Part shown: one piece after another, positions 27,266 through 41,587 of the stretch
Position numbering within the stretch: the stretch's first letter is position 1
Layout: every line of letters starts with the position of its first letter
Assembly: GCF_009914755.1 (NCBI RefSeq)
Contig: NC_060935.1
Source of the DNA: the human T2T-CHM13v2.0 reference genome, Homo sapiens
DNA length: 64,000 bases
Strand: one strand, 5' to 3'
Notes under the pieces: model-generated
Database searches by the model: none
What the model saw: the letters and a program-made list of their open reading frames with translations, nothing else
Told to the model about the DNA's origin: nothing
Position numbers and translations under genes: made by a program

Positions 27266-27364
27266 GTGAGTAAGCAGTCAAAATTCTGTGGAGGATATCA
27301 TCCCCACCCCATGAAGATGGGGCTGATGGGACATTGGCGGCAATGCTCATTAACCAATGATAAG

Positions 27365-27540
27365 AATAGGAGTCAGACTAGCAGAGTTTAAATTCCAGCT
27401 CCACTGCTTTTTAGGTATATGATTTTGATCAAGTTGCTTCACCTCTCTGTGCCTCTGTTTTTTCATGGATAAAATAGGAGTAATAATAGTATTCAGCTCA
27501 TGGAATTATGAGAATTAAATGAGATAATACATATAAATGT
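27365..27540 (+). mobile_element. MIR fragment
   Basis: caagttgcttcacctctctgtgcctctgttttttcatggataaaatagg...gaattaaatgagataat. Confidence 0.7.
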
Positions 27541-29319
27541 TAACACAATAATGTTATTACATGTCATGGCCTGTAATAACACAGCCGTAAAGCTCTAATA
27601 ACATAGCTGTAAAAACACAGCTTCAGCATTGACTTCCTGGCAGCTCAAAGTCCCCAGCCAGAGAGTGGGGAATCTTGGAGCAAACGGAGCCTAGTCTGAG
27701 GACTATACATCTGGTTGTCCCTTTGTTGCCATTGAAAAAGCAGAATGTGGAGGGTGAGTTATAGGTGCTTCCCGGTCCCCATATGAGTAGGGAAAAAGGG
27801 CCAGCATCCTCCCAGCATGAAAGAACAAACAAATTTGTGATTGTTTAGGAAGTTTCAAGTCAAAAGGGAGAGAAACACAAGGCACAGGATTCTGCTTTTG
27901 CCTAGTGTTCTTTTTAACAGAAGTTTTAAAGAATGTATTTACAGAGCAATTGCCCCCTGGTTTATTTTCTTGGTAACTTAATACTTTGCACCCTGATTTA
28001 TGTATCATTTGCATACCATGACATTCAGTGAACAGGCACAAGTCTGTAAATCCATATATGGGAAGCTGCTGGGACCAAGGATTAAGGAGGGGAGAAGCCT
28101 GAGTCACTGAGGGGCATTTGTGAGATTTAAGAGCTAGAAATTAATGCTATAACTGCTCAGAACAGTGATAGTAGAGAATATATTGTGATCCTAAGGTGAA
28201 GGAAGTGGCAGTTTGTCTTGAACTTCTTTCTAGTCAGTGTACTGGCCAAGCATCGCCACAGAGCATTTCCCAACCTCCCCGGGAAGGATTTGCATATGGA
28301 GTTTGTCCCGCACTGTATTCCTCTTCTCTGCCATGTGTCTTCCTGAGTGAACCACGTCCAGTACTGAAACTTGTCCAAACAAGCACACTTCGCCTCATAA
28401 AGGTCCAGGACCATTACAGTATCGTCATCAGATAGCTTTTATTTATTCCATCTGGAATCAAGCTGGCAGACAGCACAACTGTGGAATATCTGGGATGTCA
28501 AAATGACATTGATAAAAAGTGCTTGCCCACAAGCAGTGTCTAGACTTTTGTAAACCTAATGATTCATGGTGACATGGAACTGAAGCACAGAGGTAAAAGT
28601 CAAACTTTAGGGGAATGGATAGGGACCGCTGTCAATACACTGTGAATACATAACATTATCATCTTTTGGAAAATATGGCATCAGATTGATTTTATTTCTT
28701 CTAAGGTTATTACATTCAAAAATAAAATAGAGTTTGTGTAATTAGGTTTTTAATTCCTTTCGTTGAAATTCCTTTTTTTGAATTTATTAACTCCCAGTAT
28801 TGCAGGAGCAGTTGGAAGAAAATTGACATTTCATGTTTGGACCAAACAGAACCTCCTTGTAATAATCAGTTAGGTGTATTATACGCCATAAAGCAGAATA
28901 GAAATTTAGGAAGAAGTAGCACAAGTATTTGTGTGAGGTTTTTGTGCAATTTAATTAGCTCTTTCCACTTTGAAGGAGTTTTAGGAATTATAAATATGTA
29001 GATTAGGTACAGGCATGGCCAGATGCAGCCTTTCAAAGGTGTTTCAGGTAAATTACTTTCTATCAGATGCATTATGCGATCTTAAAGTCAACTTTAATAG
29101 CGTACATTTAAGGGGATGCTTGAAGCATTATTAAAATGGATTCTAGAGAAAAAAAAATCCCATGACTTCACCAATCATCACTAAGAGCTAATGCAGTGAA
29201 AAACACAGAAACCCTCCACCCTATCAATTTATATGGAATCCCCAGGAGCACAGAAGCTTATTAATCAAGAAAGCTTGTATTGCAGCATGCTTGTGTATCT
29301 AGGCCCTGAATTGCTGAAG

Positions 29320-29535
29320 TGGTTCAAATCCTGGCACCTCTACTGTTAGCAGTGTGATTCTGAGAAAGGACTTGACCTGCTCAGCCTGTTTCCTATTCAC
29401 TGAAATGTGAAAAATAATTGTACCTGCTTTGGAAAATTGAAGTGAAGATTAGGTGAGATGAATCTTGGAAAGCATTTAACAAATAACTTTGAAAGGGGAG
29501 TATTGTAAGTGCTCACTCAATGGTAGCTATTGTTA
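29320..29535 (+). mobile_element. MIR fragment
   Basis: ggttcaaatcctggc...gtaagtgctcactcaatggtagctatt. Confidence 0.65.
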
Positions 29536-31890
29536 TAATTGTCATATTATAGCCTTCTCCCCAAGGGCCATTATCATCCTCATTTTTTTAATGGCCAAAT
29601 TGAGGCAAAAGTGACTTGAAGACTTTATGCAGCCACAATGATGTCTTAAGCTTCTTGATTCCAGTCCCTCTTTCTTTTCACTCAATCCTACCTTGATATC
29701 TGACTCAGTTGGGTTTTTTTTTTTTAAACCTGTCTGAGGCAAGCTCTGATCTTTCATCAATGTCTTCTCTGTTTTGTGATGCTTCCTTTGCTGGTGGAGA
29801 GGCAGGGCAGTCCATTAGCCATCAGCACTGCATTTCATTCTTCTGACTCTTTCCACAGTACCCAATTGTGGAATGAGAAGTAGATCGTGATGCCTAGATC
29901 CACATTCTCTTTCTGCTCCTGACTAGCTGTGTGTCTGGCCACGTCACTTAACCATTCTGAGATGTAATGTACTCTGTTGTTGATTAACGGTGGAAACTCC
30001 TGCCTAGTCTGGGATTGTTACCTGCAGATTCTCTGTGATGAGGGTCAGAGGCACTTGATTGCTTTATTGGCTGGAATATGCCTAGTTGTTTCATTCTATC
30101 TAGTGTTTTCACTCCTACTAAAGCATCTTTCTTCTCAAACATTCCTAGGTTGTGCCCATGTGTTGACTGAATGAAGGGACTAGGACACCATTCTAAAAGA
30201 CACCAAAAGGCTCTTTAAAAAAAAACAAACAAATGAAAAAAGAATCAGAAACCAGTACAACAGATTACTCAAAGGCAGAGCGATCTCCGGACTTCTAGTC
30301 AGCAGATCCTGTTCTTGAATTGCTGTGTGACCTTAAACAAGTCATTTCACCTCTCCGAGTTTCAGATTTCTCAATGGCAGAAGTGGCCTAGATATTCTCT
30401 ATGGTTCCTTGTAGCTGAAAAAATGTGAGGTATAGCTATAGGGAGGAAAAATATGTAGCCTGCTTTAGCTGTTTAGCTTCTGTAACTCCCACAGGCATTT
30501 TGTTGTCCAAAAATAACCACATTGCACAACCTAGGCTCTGACCTGGCTCAATTCCCTTGAAGGAGGCCGAACTGCAATGGTTCAGGTAAAACACATTCAG
30601 TTTTGGGTTGACTCAGAAAATCAAGGATCTGTCTCTTTGGAACACAGCCTTGCTGTTGCTATTTACAAAGTGAGAGGAGTTAATTATTGAGAAAAATAAT
30701 TACCTCTACCTTAAGCCTGCCAGATGTGCTCTTCTCTGCCTGTGGCCCCATGCTTGTACCGAGTTGTTGCTAAAACTGTGTCAGTAAATGTATGTATATG
30801 AGATGTAGAAATAGAAAAGAAAAAACTTCCATTTTCCATTAGCCACAGGCCATATAGCAGCCCTGTGCTAGTCTCTGGCAGGCCAGTCATGCAAGTGTGT
30901 GTGGCTATGTGTTACACACATCTCTTCACCCAGCTTGGCCTCCAACATAATTCCTCCACTATTGTCTGTGTCGTAAGCTGAATTAACTTACCTCTGTGGA
31001 ACATTAGGCCACAAAGTTGGGACATTAAAGGCCTCTGTTAATGTGTGGACATATTAACACTGAAAGCCATTATTGGCCATTAACACCTTAACCTGATTTT
31101 TTATGGGCATGAGTCAGATTAGTCATGGATGAAGAAAGCACGGAGGAAAAGATCTAGAACGCAGGGCATTGCTAAGGAGGGTGGATGTACATGCTGATAT
31201 AGGGACAGCTTAGAGCATTAGGGAGCTGCTAAGAGAGAAGAGGGCTGGAATAGCAAGCCAAGAGTTACGTGGGCTCAGAGGGAGGAGGAAGCCCTCCCAG
31301 GTGGCAGTCTGCGAAATGAGGAAAGGTCCCATAGAGAAGATGTCATTTGAGCAGATCTGTTTTGATAGACAGTATTTAGATGCAGCCTAAACGAAGAGAA
31401 CTGCATGGGCAGAGACTCTGAGGCAGGAAAGTACTGTCTAGGGCAAGCTTGGGAGAGCAGTGCAGAATTCATAGTGTAACAAGAACATATAAGGGAAGAA
31501 GGAGAGGTCAGGGAAGGTTTATTGGAAAGATGACAGAGAGGAACCTGAGTGTTAGGCTGAGCTACTTATCAGCTATCTTGTTGGCATATAGCTTCTGCTG
31601 ACTGCTAATCCAAGGTGAGTTCACTTCGTGGGTGGTAGATGAATGCCATTTAGTACACGTGGAAGTTACCCCAGTGCCTCCCACTTTAGACTACAGGTCA
31701 TAACTCGGTGTGGGAGTAGAGCCATTCCACCCATGGCCAGGAAAGCTGTGCCCAGTTACAAGTCCTGTGACGCCTTAACATAGGAATAGTTCTGTTTTTC
31801 AAACAAGTTGTCGAGAAGTTACCAAGAAAATAAAGAACCTTCTTCCCACAGAAGAAGGCAGCCAGAATACCCAAGTCCTAGAAAACACTA

Positions 31891-32223
<333 letters not shown>

Positions 32224-32944
32224 GATGTCTCCACTGGCTGGGGGCAGGAAGGGTGCTAAGGACATATAAGTGGTTCTAGTCCAAAAGTATCAGTTTGAAA
32301 CAGAAAAGAAGACACCACTTGCTCATCACTTTGTAGACATGATAGAAATCAAATAAAGAATCTATATTTTGATGGATATGTTTTCTAAACAAATATTCTG
32401 CTATATGGTCATCTAGAATGAACTTACTGTGGCCAACAGCCTCTTAGGTTAAAAATAATCAGCTCTTTTTTTGCATATACAACTGACAGATGCCAACAGG
32501 GTAAAAAACTGTATTTGGAACACAGTCTTAACCCTAAAGGAATACATTAGAAAAAAGAGTGAAGCGAAATATGCTGGAACAGTAACAGGTTGCCTCCGGG
32601 CAATGCAATTGTGAGTCAGTGCAGGTTGTGACAGTGAATATGCTTCTTAACACTTCTCCGTACTTGAACATTTTTGTTCAGTAATCATATATTATTTTGA
32701 CAGTCAAGAGAAAAAGTATTCAGAAGGTTGAAGGGAAAAATGCGGTAATAGAAAAGTGACATCCTTAGCAAACTATTACTTATTTGTCACTGACCTATCG
32801 CCAAACCAGGAAAGGTTGTGTCAAGGTGAGATTAAGTCATTCCAAGCCTGGAGTGTCCTGTATTGCTGATGTTCTCCTCCCCTGTCCCCTTTTTGGTTCC
32901 ATAACAGCCATCTATCAATTCACCTTTTTTTTTTCTTTTAATAG

Positions 32945-32997
32945 TTCATGGATCCTCACTCTCCTTGGTTTCCAGCACATCGTCAGTTTATTCTACA
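32945..32997 (+). CDS. NAV2: NAV2 exon J, 53 nt, phase 1 to 0
   Basis: ttaatag|TTCATGG...TCTACA|gtgagt; (V)HGSSLSLVSSTSSVYST. Confidence 0.92.
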
Positions 32998-33306
32998 GTG
33001 AGTATAAATCAATGCTGTGTGGCTGTGATCATGAGAACTGGGGTTCCTTTATCAAATGTGTCAAGAATAAAATATATGCATTTATCCTAGGGAAAGCATT
33101 TCCATTATAAGGGGATCAATTAATTAGGGAACAAGATTTAAAATTCACAAACAGCTATTAATTATATTATACCAACCCCAAAATCCAGAACTGGCTGCCT
33201 TGTTAAAGTGGCATTGTGCTTTAGGTGATAACTATTTAGAATGTGTGAGAAGCCTTGGCCACCTGCTGATGGACTTGGAAAATAAAGGCCTTGAGCAATT
33301 TATTAA

Positions 33307-33630
<324 letters not shown>

Positions 33631-34011
33631 AGCCTCAGTTTCTTTATCTGTAAAGTAGAAATAATAGCAGTTCCTACCTTATAGAGGTGTAATGAGGATT
33701 AAATGTTATAAAGATTACATTTCACTACAATATAAACTCTTTCTAGACAAGGACATTTTTGTTTTTATTCCTAGTGCCTAGAACAGTACCTAGCACGTAG
33801 TAGGTATTTTTTAAGTAGGTTTGAAAGAAATGGGAAAATGAATCTAAAACAATGAATATAGTACACACAGCTCAGAGCAAGCACTCCTAAATGCTAGCTA
33901 TCATCCATGAGAGAGGTTTAGTAAACGAAAGCCAAATGTAATCAAATACATTTAGATCTTCAGTACTACTGGATTTGTTCAGTAGTATTTACTTTTTATA
34001 GCTGTACACTA

Positions 34012-34313
<302 letters not shown>

Positions 34314-36564
34314 TAGCTGTATGCTATTTACTTTAAAAACAGTAATTTGGGAATTTCTACAGGGAAAAAAAAAGTCTCTTTGTTAATTGTGAATTGGAAA
34401 TTCTTTAGCCCTTAATCCCATGGAAACAAATGTTTTAATAATTTAGGTTTTGATAATGCCTGGTTTCTATATAGCAGAATACACTGTGTATAGCTCCTGG
34501 AAAATAAGAGGACACCCCAGAATCAAGTTAAAGATACCAGGGCCTAACTTAGGCCTGTATTGAGCAAACAAACTTCAGTGATTGCTGATATGGTCTGTTT
34601 TGAAGGACCTAGAAACCCTTGCTTCTACCCACCTCACCCCTCCAACTCTAAAATTCCTCTTTCCTCAGCTAGTCATCTTGTTTGAAATTTCATCACTAAG
34701 TCCTAGCTTTCCTTTTAAAGGCTTTATATAGAGTAACCTTGGAGAGAGGTTTTTTAAGCCATCATCTGCTAAGAAAGCATAGAGATGGTCTTTCAGCTGT
34801 CAGCCAGTAGATAAACTATGTCCTTTCTTCTAGAATGAAACTGTGGGATATGGGTACCAAGGCTGGTACTTTCAAACCTAAATGCACTTCTTCAACAGTA
34901 TTTACTAGCACCATGGATATACCAGGCTCTGGACTAACCCCTAGGATATAATTTAGGAGAGAAAGGAGCCTGCTACTGACGGAGGAAGCTGTAGGCACCA
35001 GAGGGACATGGGACTCTAGCTTCACAGGACTGGCACAGAGAAGCTGTAGTGGATGTTTCAGTGCCCAGCCCCGTGTTTTCCCTGTGGCATTCCCAAGGGT
35101 TCTTGCCAACACAGAGGGGAGTGGGTTTTCCAGAAGAGTAAAAAAATGGGAGACTGGCCAGCATTATGCAGACTTGGAGGGAAAGAGCATAAGCTTCTCA
35201 ACCTGTGTGTCTTCAGATCTAGGAAACTGTCACATGCAGTTCCTGGGGGCAGCCCCTTCATGCCAACCACTAGAAGTCCTTACAGTAAAAGACTCTCCTT
35301 CAGTAGCTGTTGTTCTGGGTATGGGGACGTGAAGATACTGTTTTCATGAAATTTGAAATTGTCTTTTCTGAGCTAATATAAATTCAATGAATTAGTAAAG
35401 ACCTAATAATAATACTTTTGAATTCCATTTTTATCTGGATAACAAGAGACCCGAGGTGTAATCATAGCGTTCTTCTCACCATATGACTTTGGACAAGTCA
35501 TCTGGTTATTCAGAGTGTCTCCCCAGTTTTGCCCTTGGCATCAGGAAACCAAGCAAGGTGATCTTCTGAGGCCCCTACAATCTCTGACATTCCATGAGTC
35601 ATGGAGTCAAAGGCTCCCATTTACTGTCCTCAGTATGCCTTCTCTGAGAATATAGGTTGCTTTTGCAGACTTAAAAAAAAATAGCCTATCAGTGGAATGT
35701 TTTTATGCTGGTGCTGTCTACTAATTTCAAGAAAAACTACAAGTCTGGCTAGACTCTGCTACCGCCTAGCACTGAGGTGTGGTCCTTTATCTGTTATTAC
35801 ATTCTTCGTGATAATGAAATTCTGAAACACATGCTCCAGGCACCTTTGTAAATGTTAAGGTGAATAAAGTATTTGTTTGTTGTCTGAAAAGAGATCTTTG
35901 AAATGTTAAGTTGCCACAGACCCAGACCAAGGAGCCTGCTGAGAGTTTTAAAGGCTCTTATTGGATGACAGTAGATTCTTTCCTTGAAATGTCTATAATG
36001 AATATTCAAGAATGCTCATTCTGCATGAAATTTGCAATTTTAATTATCAGTGAAAGAAAAGATTACACAGTGCTAAATGATTGCCATGGAAAAGTTATGG
36101 CTACCTCTTGGAGTAGAGAAAATCTCAAAGGCCACTTCTGGCATTAGACTTGCTTTCTTGTTTGGTAGGGAACACTGGAGTTCCCAGGAGAGCTGCTGGA
36201 TGGATGGAGGCTAGCAGCTTCACATAGTGTTACCAGATGTGCAGAACAGCGGCAAGGGGGGCAAGATACAAAGCACATGCTTTCTCTAGGCTGCTGTTGA
36301 TAATTGGGGCCCAACCCCAGAGACAGGTGGGCACAGTGACAGACAGTGGCAGAGGCATGGGGAAGGGCTGTTAGGGCCTGTCGATAGAAGTGTTTCAAAG
36401 TAGCCTTGTCCTATGTGGATGGCTAAGCCTGCTAACAGGCCTCCGCCAGCCTTCTAAATGTTAGATAGTGGTTACATTCTCACCATTAACTTGTACCCTT
36501 TGGATTGAACTTGGGGCTTATTTCTGGAAAGCCCCCGTGAGAATGTAACTATAGTAAAAGTGCA

Positions 36565-36925
36565 GGAGAATATGCCTAGGCTCTGGAGCCAGACTACTTT
36601 AGATCCAGTCCCAACTCTGCCACTTACCAGCTGTGACCCTGGACAAATGACTGAACCTTCCTGTGCCTCAGTTTCCTCATACACAAAACAGAAAGCAATA
36701 GTATTAGTACCTCCTCAAAGAGTTGTTAAAAGGATTAGATGAATAATGAATGTAAAGTGCTTGGAACAGTCTCTGGCACATGGTAAGCATTCAATAAATG
36801 CTAGCTGTTATTACCAGAATGCAGGCAACACAAGGTCAGGGACTTGGTCATGTTCACGGCTCTATCTTAGGTTCTTAAAAATAGTGCCTGGCACACAGTA
36901 GGAAATCAGTAAGTATTTGATAGGT
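36565..36925 (+). mobile_element. MIR followed by an L2 3' end
   Basis: ggctctggagccagact...gcctcagtttcctcat...cattcaataaatgctagct, then gtgcctggcacacagtagg. Confidence 0.75.
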
Positions 36926-38007
36926 GGTGGTAGTGAGGATAGATGGACAGACAAAGACAAATGAATATTATCTGGGAGGGAAGATTGAGCTCTGAAGACA
37001 TCTTCCAACCTTCTCCTGAAAGCATTTCTTAGATAAGGAGGTTGTTCAGTGTGACTTTATACAAGACATTTAACGTCTCTGAACCTCAGAAGGAATACAA
37101 ACAAACCTACCTAATGGAGTTTCTGCAAGGATTAAATGACTTGGCTCCGTGTATTTAAAAATTGGTTGCTGCTAGTAGGAGCCAACCTAGAGGAGGGGAC
37201 TTGTGGGCAGGATCAGGAGGGAGGACAATGGGGAGCATAGGTTGAAGGCGGATCAGACAGGAAGCAGCTGCCTACCTATTCCAGCTGATGGATGTGCCCT
37301 GCGAGTTCTAATGAATCATACCCACTTTGTATTGTGAACTAATGGAGATGCTGACATCAGGGTCAGATGCTGATTTTTAAAAAATAATGGGCTTATGCCT
37401 AGTAAAATTGGATTAGGACACCTAGCGAGGACCCAAGGACAAAATAGAGTTCTTACTGATGTTCACTCACCTATCTGGTTCCCAAGTCACTCTTCCCTCC
37501 CTGGGTACAGCGATGGGTAGAGAGAAGGTCAGGAACACTCAACATTTCCAGGAAGGAGGAGGGTTCCTCTTTATGAGCCCCTGTGGGAACCAGAGGAGAG
37601 GGAAAGAAAGGTTCCTCCTGCAGCAGGCTCCCCAATTCATGTGGGCTCCCCCTGTGGGAGGAGAGAGGGTCTTATAGTTTCTGGCTAGCAGGTACCTGTG
37701 TCACCTAGACACAGAGCCAGCATGTAAGGGACAAAGAGGGAAGCCAGTAAGAGGGGCAGCAGAGTTCACGATTACTTCACAGGGTCACAGGTAATTGGGG
37801 TCCTTGAAATGGGACAGCACGAAGATGAAGGCCACATTTATCCTCACAACCTGTGGAGTTACCAGGCTGGCTGATAGGGGCTCCCAAACCCCCCTCACTT
37901 TGAGATCTTTCTACCCTGGTGCTCCCACTGTGGTGTCCTAGGGAAGTGAGAGGAGGGCAGAAAATGGGGCAGAATTAACCCAGGAGCAGTCTTCCTTGCT
38001 CCCTAGA

Positions 38008-38500
<493 letters not shown>

Positions 38501-38823
38501 CTCATGGCCTTCTTATCACATATCTTCTTCTGAGCACTTTACCTATCACCATCCCCGCCTGGGGAGCAGGGTGGCTCCTCACAACCAAAATGTGGAGTGG
38601 TGTTCTCATTCTTCCTAATTTTTAAAAATCATAAGCCGTTTGTATTTGGCCTTTCTGATGGGTCAATTTAATTGAACCAGTTTTTCCAGAGAAATACACC
38701 AGAAAAGAAACTAATAATTCTTCCAGACTGCTGCAACCATCTGAATATGGTGTTCCCGATGGGCTGGACTACACTATTCTTTGTTCCTTAACTGGTCTAA
38801 TTTCCTTTATGTTTTCTTTACAG

Positions 38824-38847
38824 CCAGAAGAAAAATGCCAGTCAGAG
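38824..38847 (+). CDS. NAV2: NAV2 exon K, 24-nt microexon, phase 0
   Basis: ctttacag|CCAGAAGAAAAATGCCAGTCAGAG|gtaagg; PEEKCQSE. Confidence 0.9.
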
Positions 38848-38961
38848 GTAAGGAACAGCTTTCTGGTTGGATTTCCTCTTTAAGTATTGTCAATTATTTG
38901 ACCCTGCTCACCTTGGAAATGGACCCCCAAAGCATGTAACCCTCTCCCTTGTCATCTTTAG

Positions 38962-39036
38962 ATTCGCAAGCTGCGGCGGGAACTGGATGCCTCCCAGGAG
39001 AAAGTTTCAGCTTTGACCACCCAGCTGACAGCAAAT
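38962..39036 (+). CDS. NAV2: NAV2 exon L, 75 nt, phase 0 (coiled coil)
   Basis: ctttag|ATTCGC...GCAAAT|gtaagt; IRKLRRELDASQEKVSALTTQLTAN. Confidence 0.94.
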
Positions 39037-41587
39037 GTAAGTACAGACATAGGGCAGTAGCATCGGGACAGGAAGCACCATCCTTGCCTTCTGAACAGCC
39101 TCAAGTCCTCCTGTGCTGAACAAATAGAAGTAGCACATTATAAAGAAAAAGACACAGGCTTTGGCATCATGGGTGTGAATGTCAGTTTGGACACTTACTG
39201 GCTTTGTGACTTTGGGTAAGTTCTTGAATCTCAGCCTGCGTGTCCTTATCTGTGTAACGAGGGTGATAGTATTTACATCTCAGTATTGGCCCACAGTCAA
39301 TGCTTGCAATATGCGAAGTGCTTATTAAAATCTTAATTTCTCTTCCTCTTTCTGAAAATTTTGATTTTAAGGGTGGGAAAAAGAAGCAAAAAGGAAAGAA
39401 GGGGGAAGAAAAGAAATGTAGGGCTTTTCAATATCTAGGTAGCTGCTCTGTCATTGTGATATACACGATTATGAGTTTAGGAGATGCTGCCAACCAGCAT
39501 TCAATTCAACAACTGTTTGAGTGCCAGCTATGCCCCGGGCACTGTGGGTTCAACAGCAGAGCAAGCACAGTGACTGACATCTTAACATTCAGTCTCTGGG
39601 ACAGCAGAGAAACAAAACAAACAATTTTGCTATAACATGATAACTGTTAAGATAAAGGGAGGAGGTGGCAGTGGGAATATCTAGGGGGAGCACCTAGCTC
39701 ACTCTTGGTGGGGGATGAAAAAGGGGACAGCTCATCTGATATTGAAAATAAGAAAAAAATTTTTTAAAAGGGGGACAGGAAGGACTTCCTGGAGGAGGTG
39801 ACATCTAATGGATGCTAGGTAGGGGAGAATGCATAGGGATGACAGCATTCTAACCAAAGAGAATAATTTGCACAAAGGTTAAGGAGAAAGATCTTGGTGT
39901 ATTTTGAACTCTCAGTAGGTGGGTGTAATTAGTGTCTATGGCTTGGATGTGGAGGAGAGGTAAGGGTGGAGAGGGGACAGAAGTAGGGAGGAAGAAGGCA
40001 GCGAAGAAAGCCAGGGGTCAGATCACAGTGTCTGAGCTGTTGGGGTGAGCATCCGGGCTTCCTCCTGAAGTTAGCAGACACCTCTCAGTGCGTTTTAAGT
40101 AAGCAGTGGGTGGGCTGGTTTGCACTTTAGATAGAGGATCAGAGTAGAGGCAGAGGTGCCTCTTCCCCCACCCCCATCAGCCATGTCTGTATTGGAGCCC
40201 TGATGCACAGCTGTGACCAGGTGAAGGATGAAGCTCAGAGGGCAGAGCCTGAGATATCGAAAGGTGCTAAGGTGCCTCTGAGGCAAGGCTTGCTGCCCAG
40301 GAGTTCACCACCCAGCCTGAGCCCGTTGATAAACGTGTTCAAGCCAGACAGAAAGCAACCTGCATGACCACAGCATGTCGTTAAAATGGAAACCAACTTC
40401 AAGAGGCTGTCTTCCCTCAACTAGAAAACTGAGCCAGTCCCCCACATCAGTCATTCGCCCGGAGTTTTTGCCATGGTATTCCCAGCTTGAGCCTTAGTTT
40501 ACTCAAGGGAACCATTTCTCTTTAAGGTCGGCATGTGACATACCTAGTACAGTGCTTGACCTTAGTTATTAGCTCAGTAACTGGTAGCTGCCCCCATTAA
40601 TATGTAGTCTCCTAAGTTCTCTTTCTTTTCTGGAAATCTTTGATTTTTTTAAAAACCCTAACGTAGGAGACCACAACGTGTTTTGTAATCTTTTATTTTC
40701 TTTACCTCTTCTGCCACCAGTAATGCTATCAAAAGAACTTTAAAAACTGACATGAGAACTTAATTCTGAGGCGTAGGTCCTGTTCAGAAAAACAGTATTC
40801 TATAGACAGGTTCTATCCCGTGGGCAGATTCTTCATCTGGATAACTAGATGTGTAGATTTGAATCCAGAACAAACCCTAGACCCAGCAAGTCAGGGTCTT
40901 CTGAGTGTAATCCAAATGTGTGGTTTGACAGCAAACCCCTGTCAAACCACAGTGATTCTGAGCTACTCTCCTAGTTTAAGAGTTACAGATGCCAATTGTT
41001 GCCTTTACTAATCAACAAATAGTAGTTAACTTACTTTCCGGTGAACTTGGGTTAATTGTTCCAGTGACCTCGTGCTGCCACAGGAGCCTCACCTTGGGCC
41101 ATTTGGAACTCTGCTCTCTGTTCTAGAAGAGTCAGAGTGAGATCCCTTATATTATTCCAGAAGAGTGTTTTGTTCCTCATAAAAGGCACTGAATCCAGTA
41201 TTGTTTTAAAGTAAATATTTAGTCTTACCGCACACTGCTGGAAGGGTGAACATGTTTTATTGTCTGCCATCTTTCTCGCAAACCAAGCTGTGTTTGTTTT
41301 TCTAGGGCAAACTACTCAAAACCACCTTCTCTGAGTGTTTTTATACCACTTGTGTTTGTTTTCCCTGGGAATGTGAGCGTGGCACTTGATGAGTAGGCTG
41401 TTGTGTGTGGCTCTGAACCAGGCTTGGAACAGCCTCCACAGTCTGTATTTTCATAGTTGTGCTAATGACACAAAGGCAACCCTTTTGTTTAGCAGAAAAA
41501 TGGGATCCTCTGGATCTCCAGAGCAAATGTGTTTTCTTTTTAAGCTTGCAAAAACACCTTCTCAATAGCAGTCTTCATGGGGTCAGG

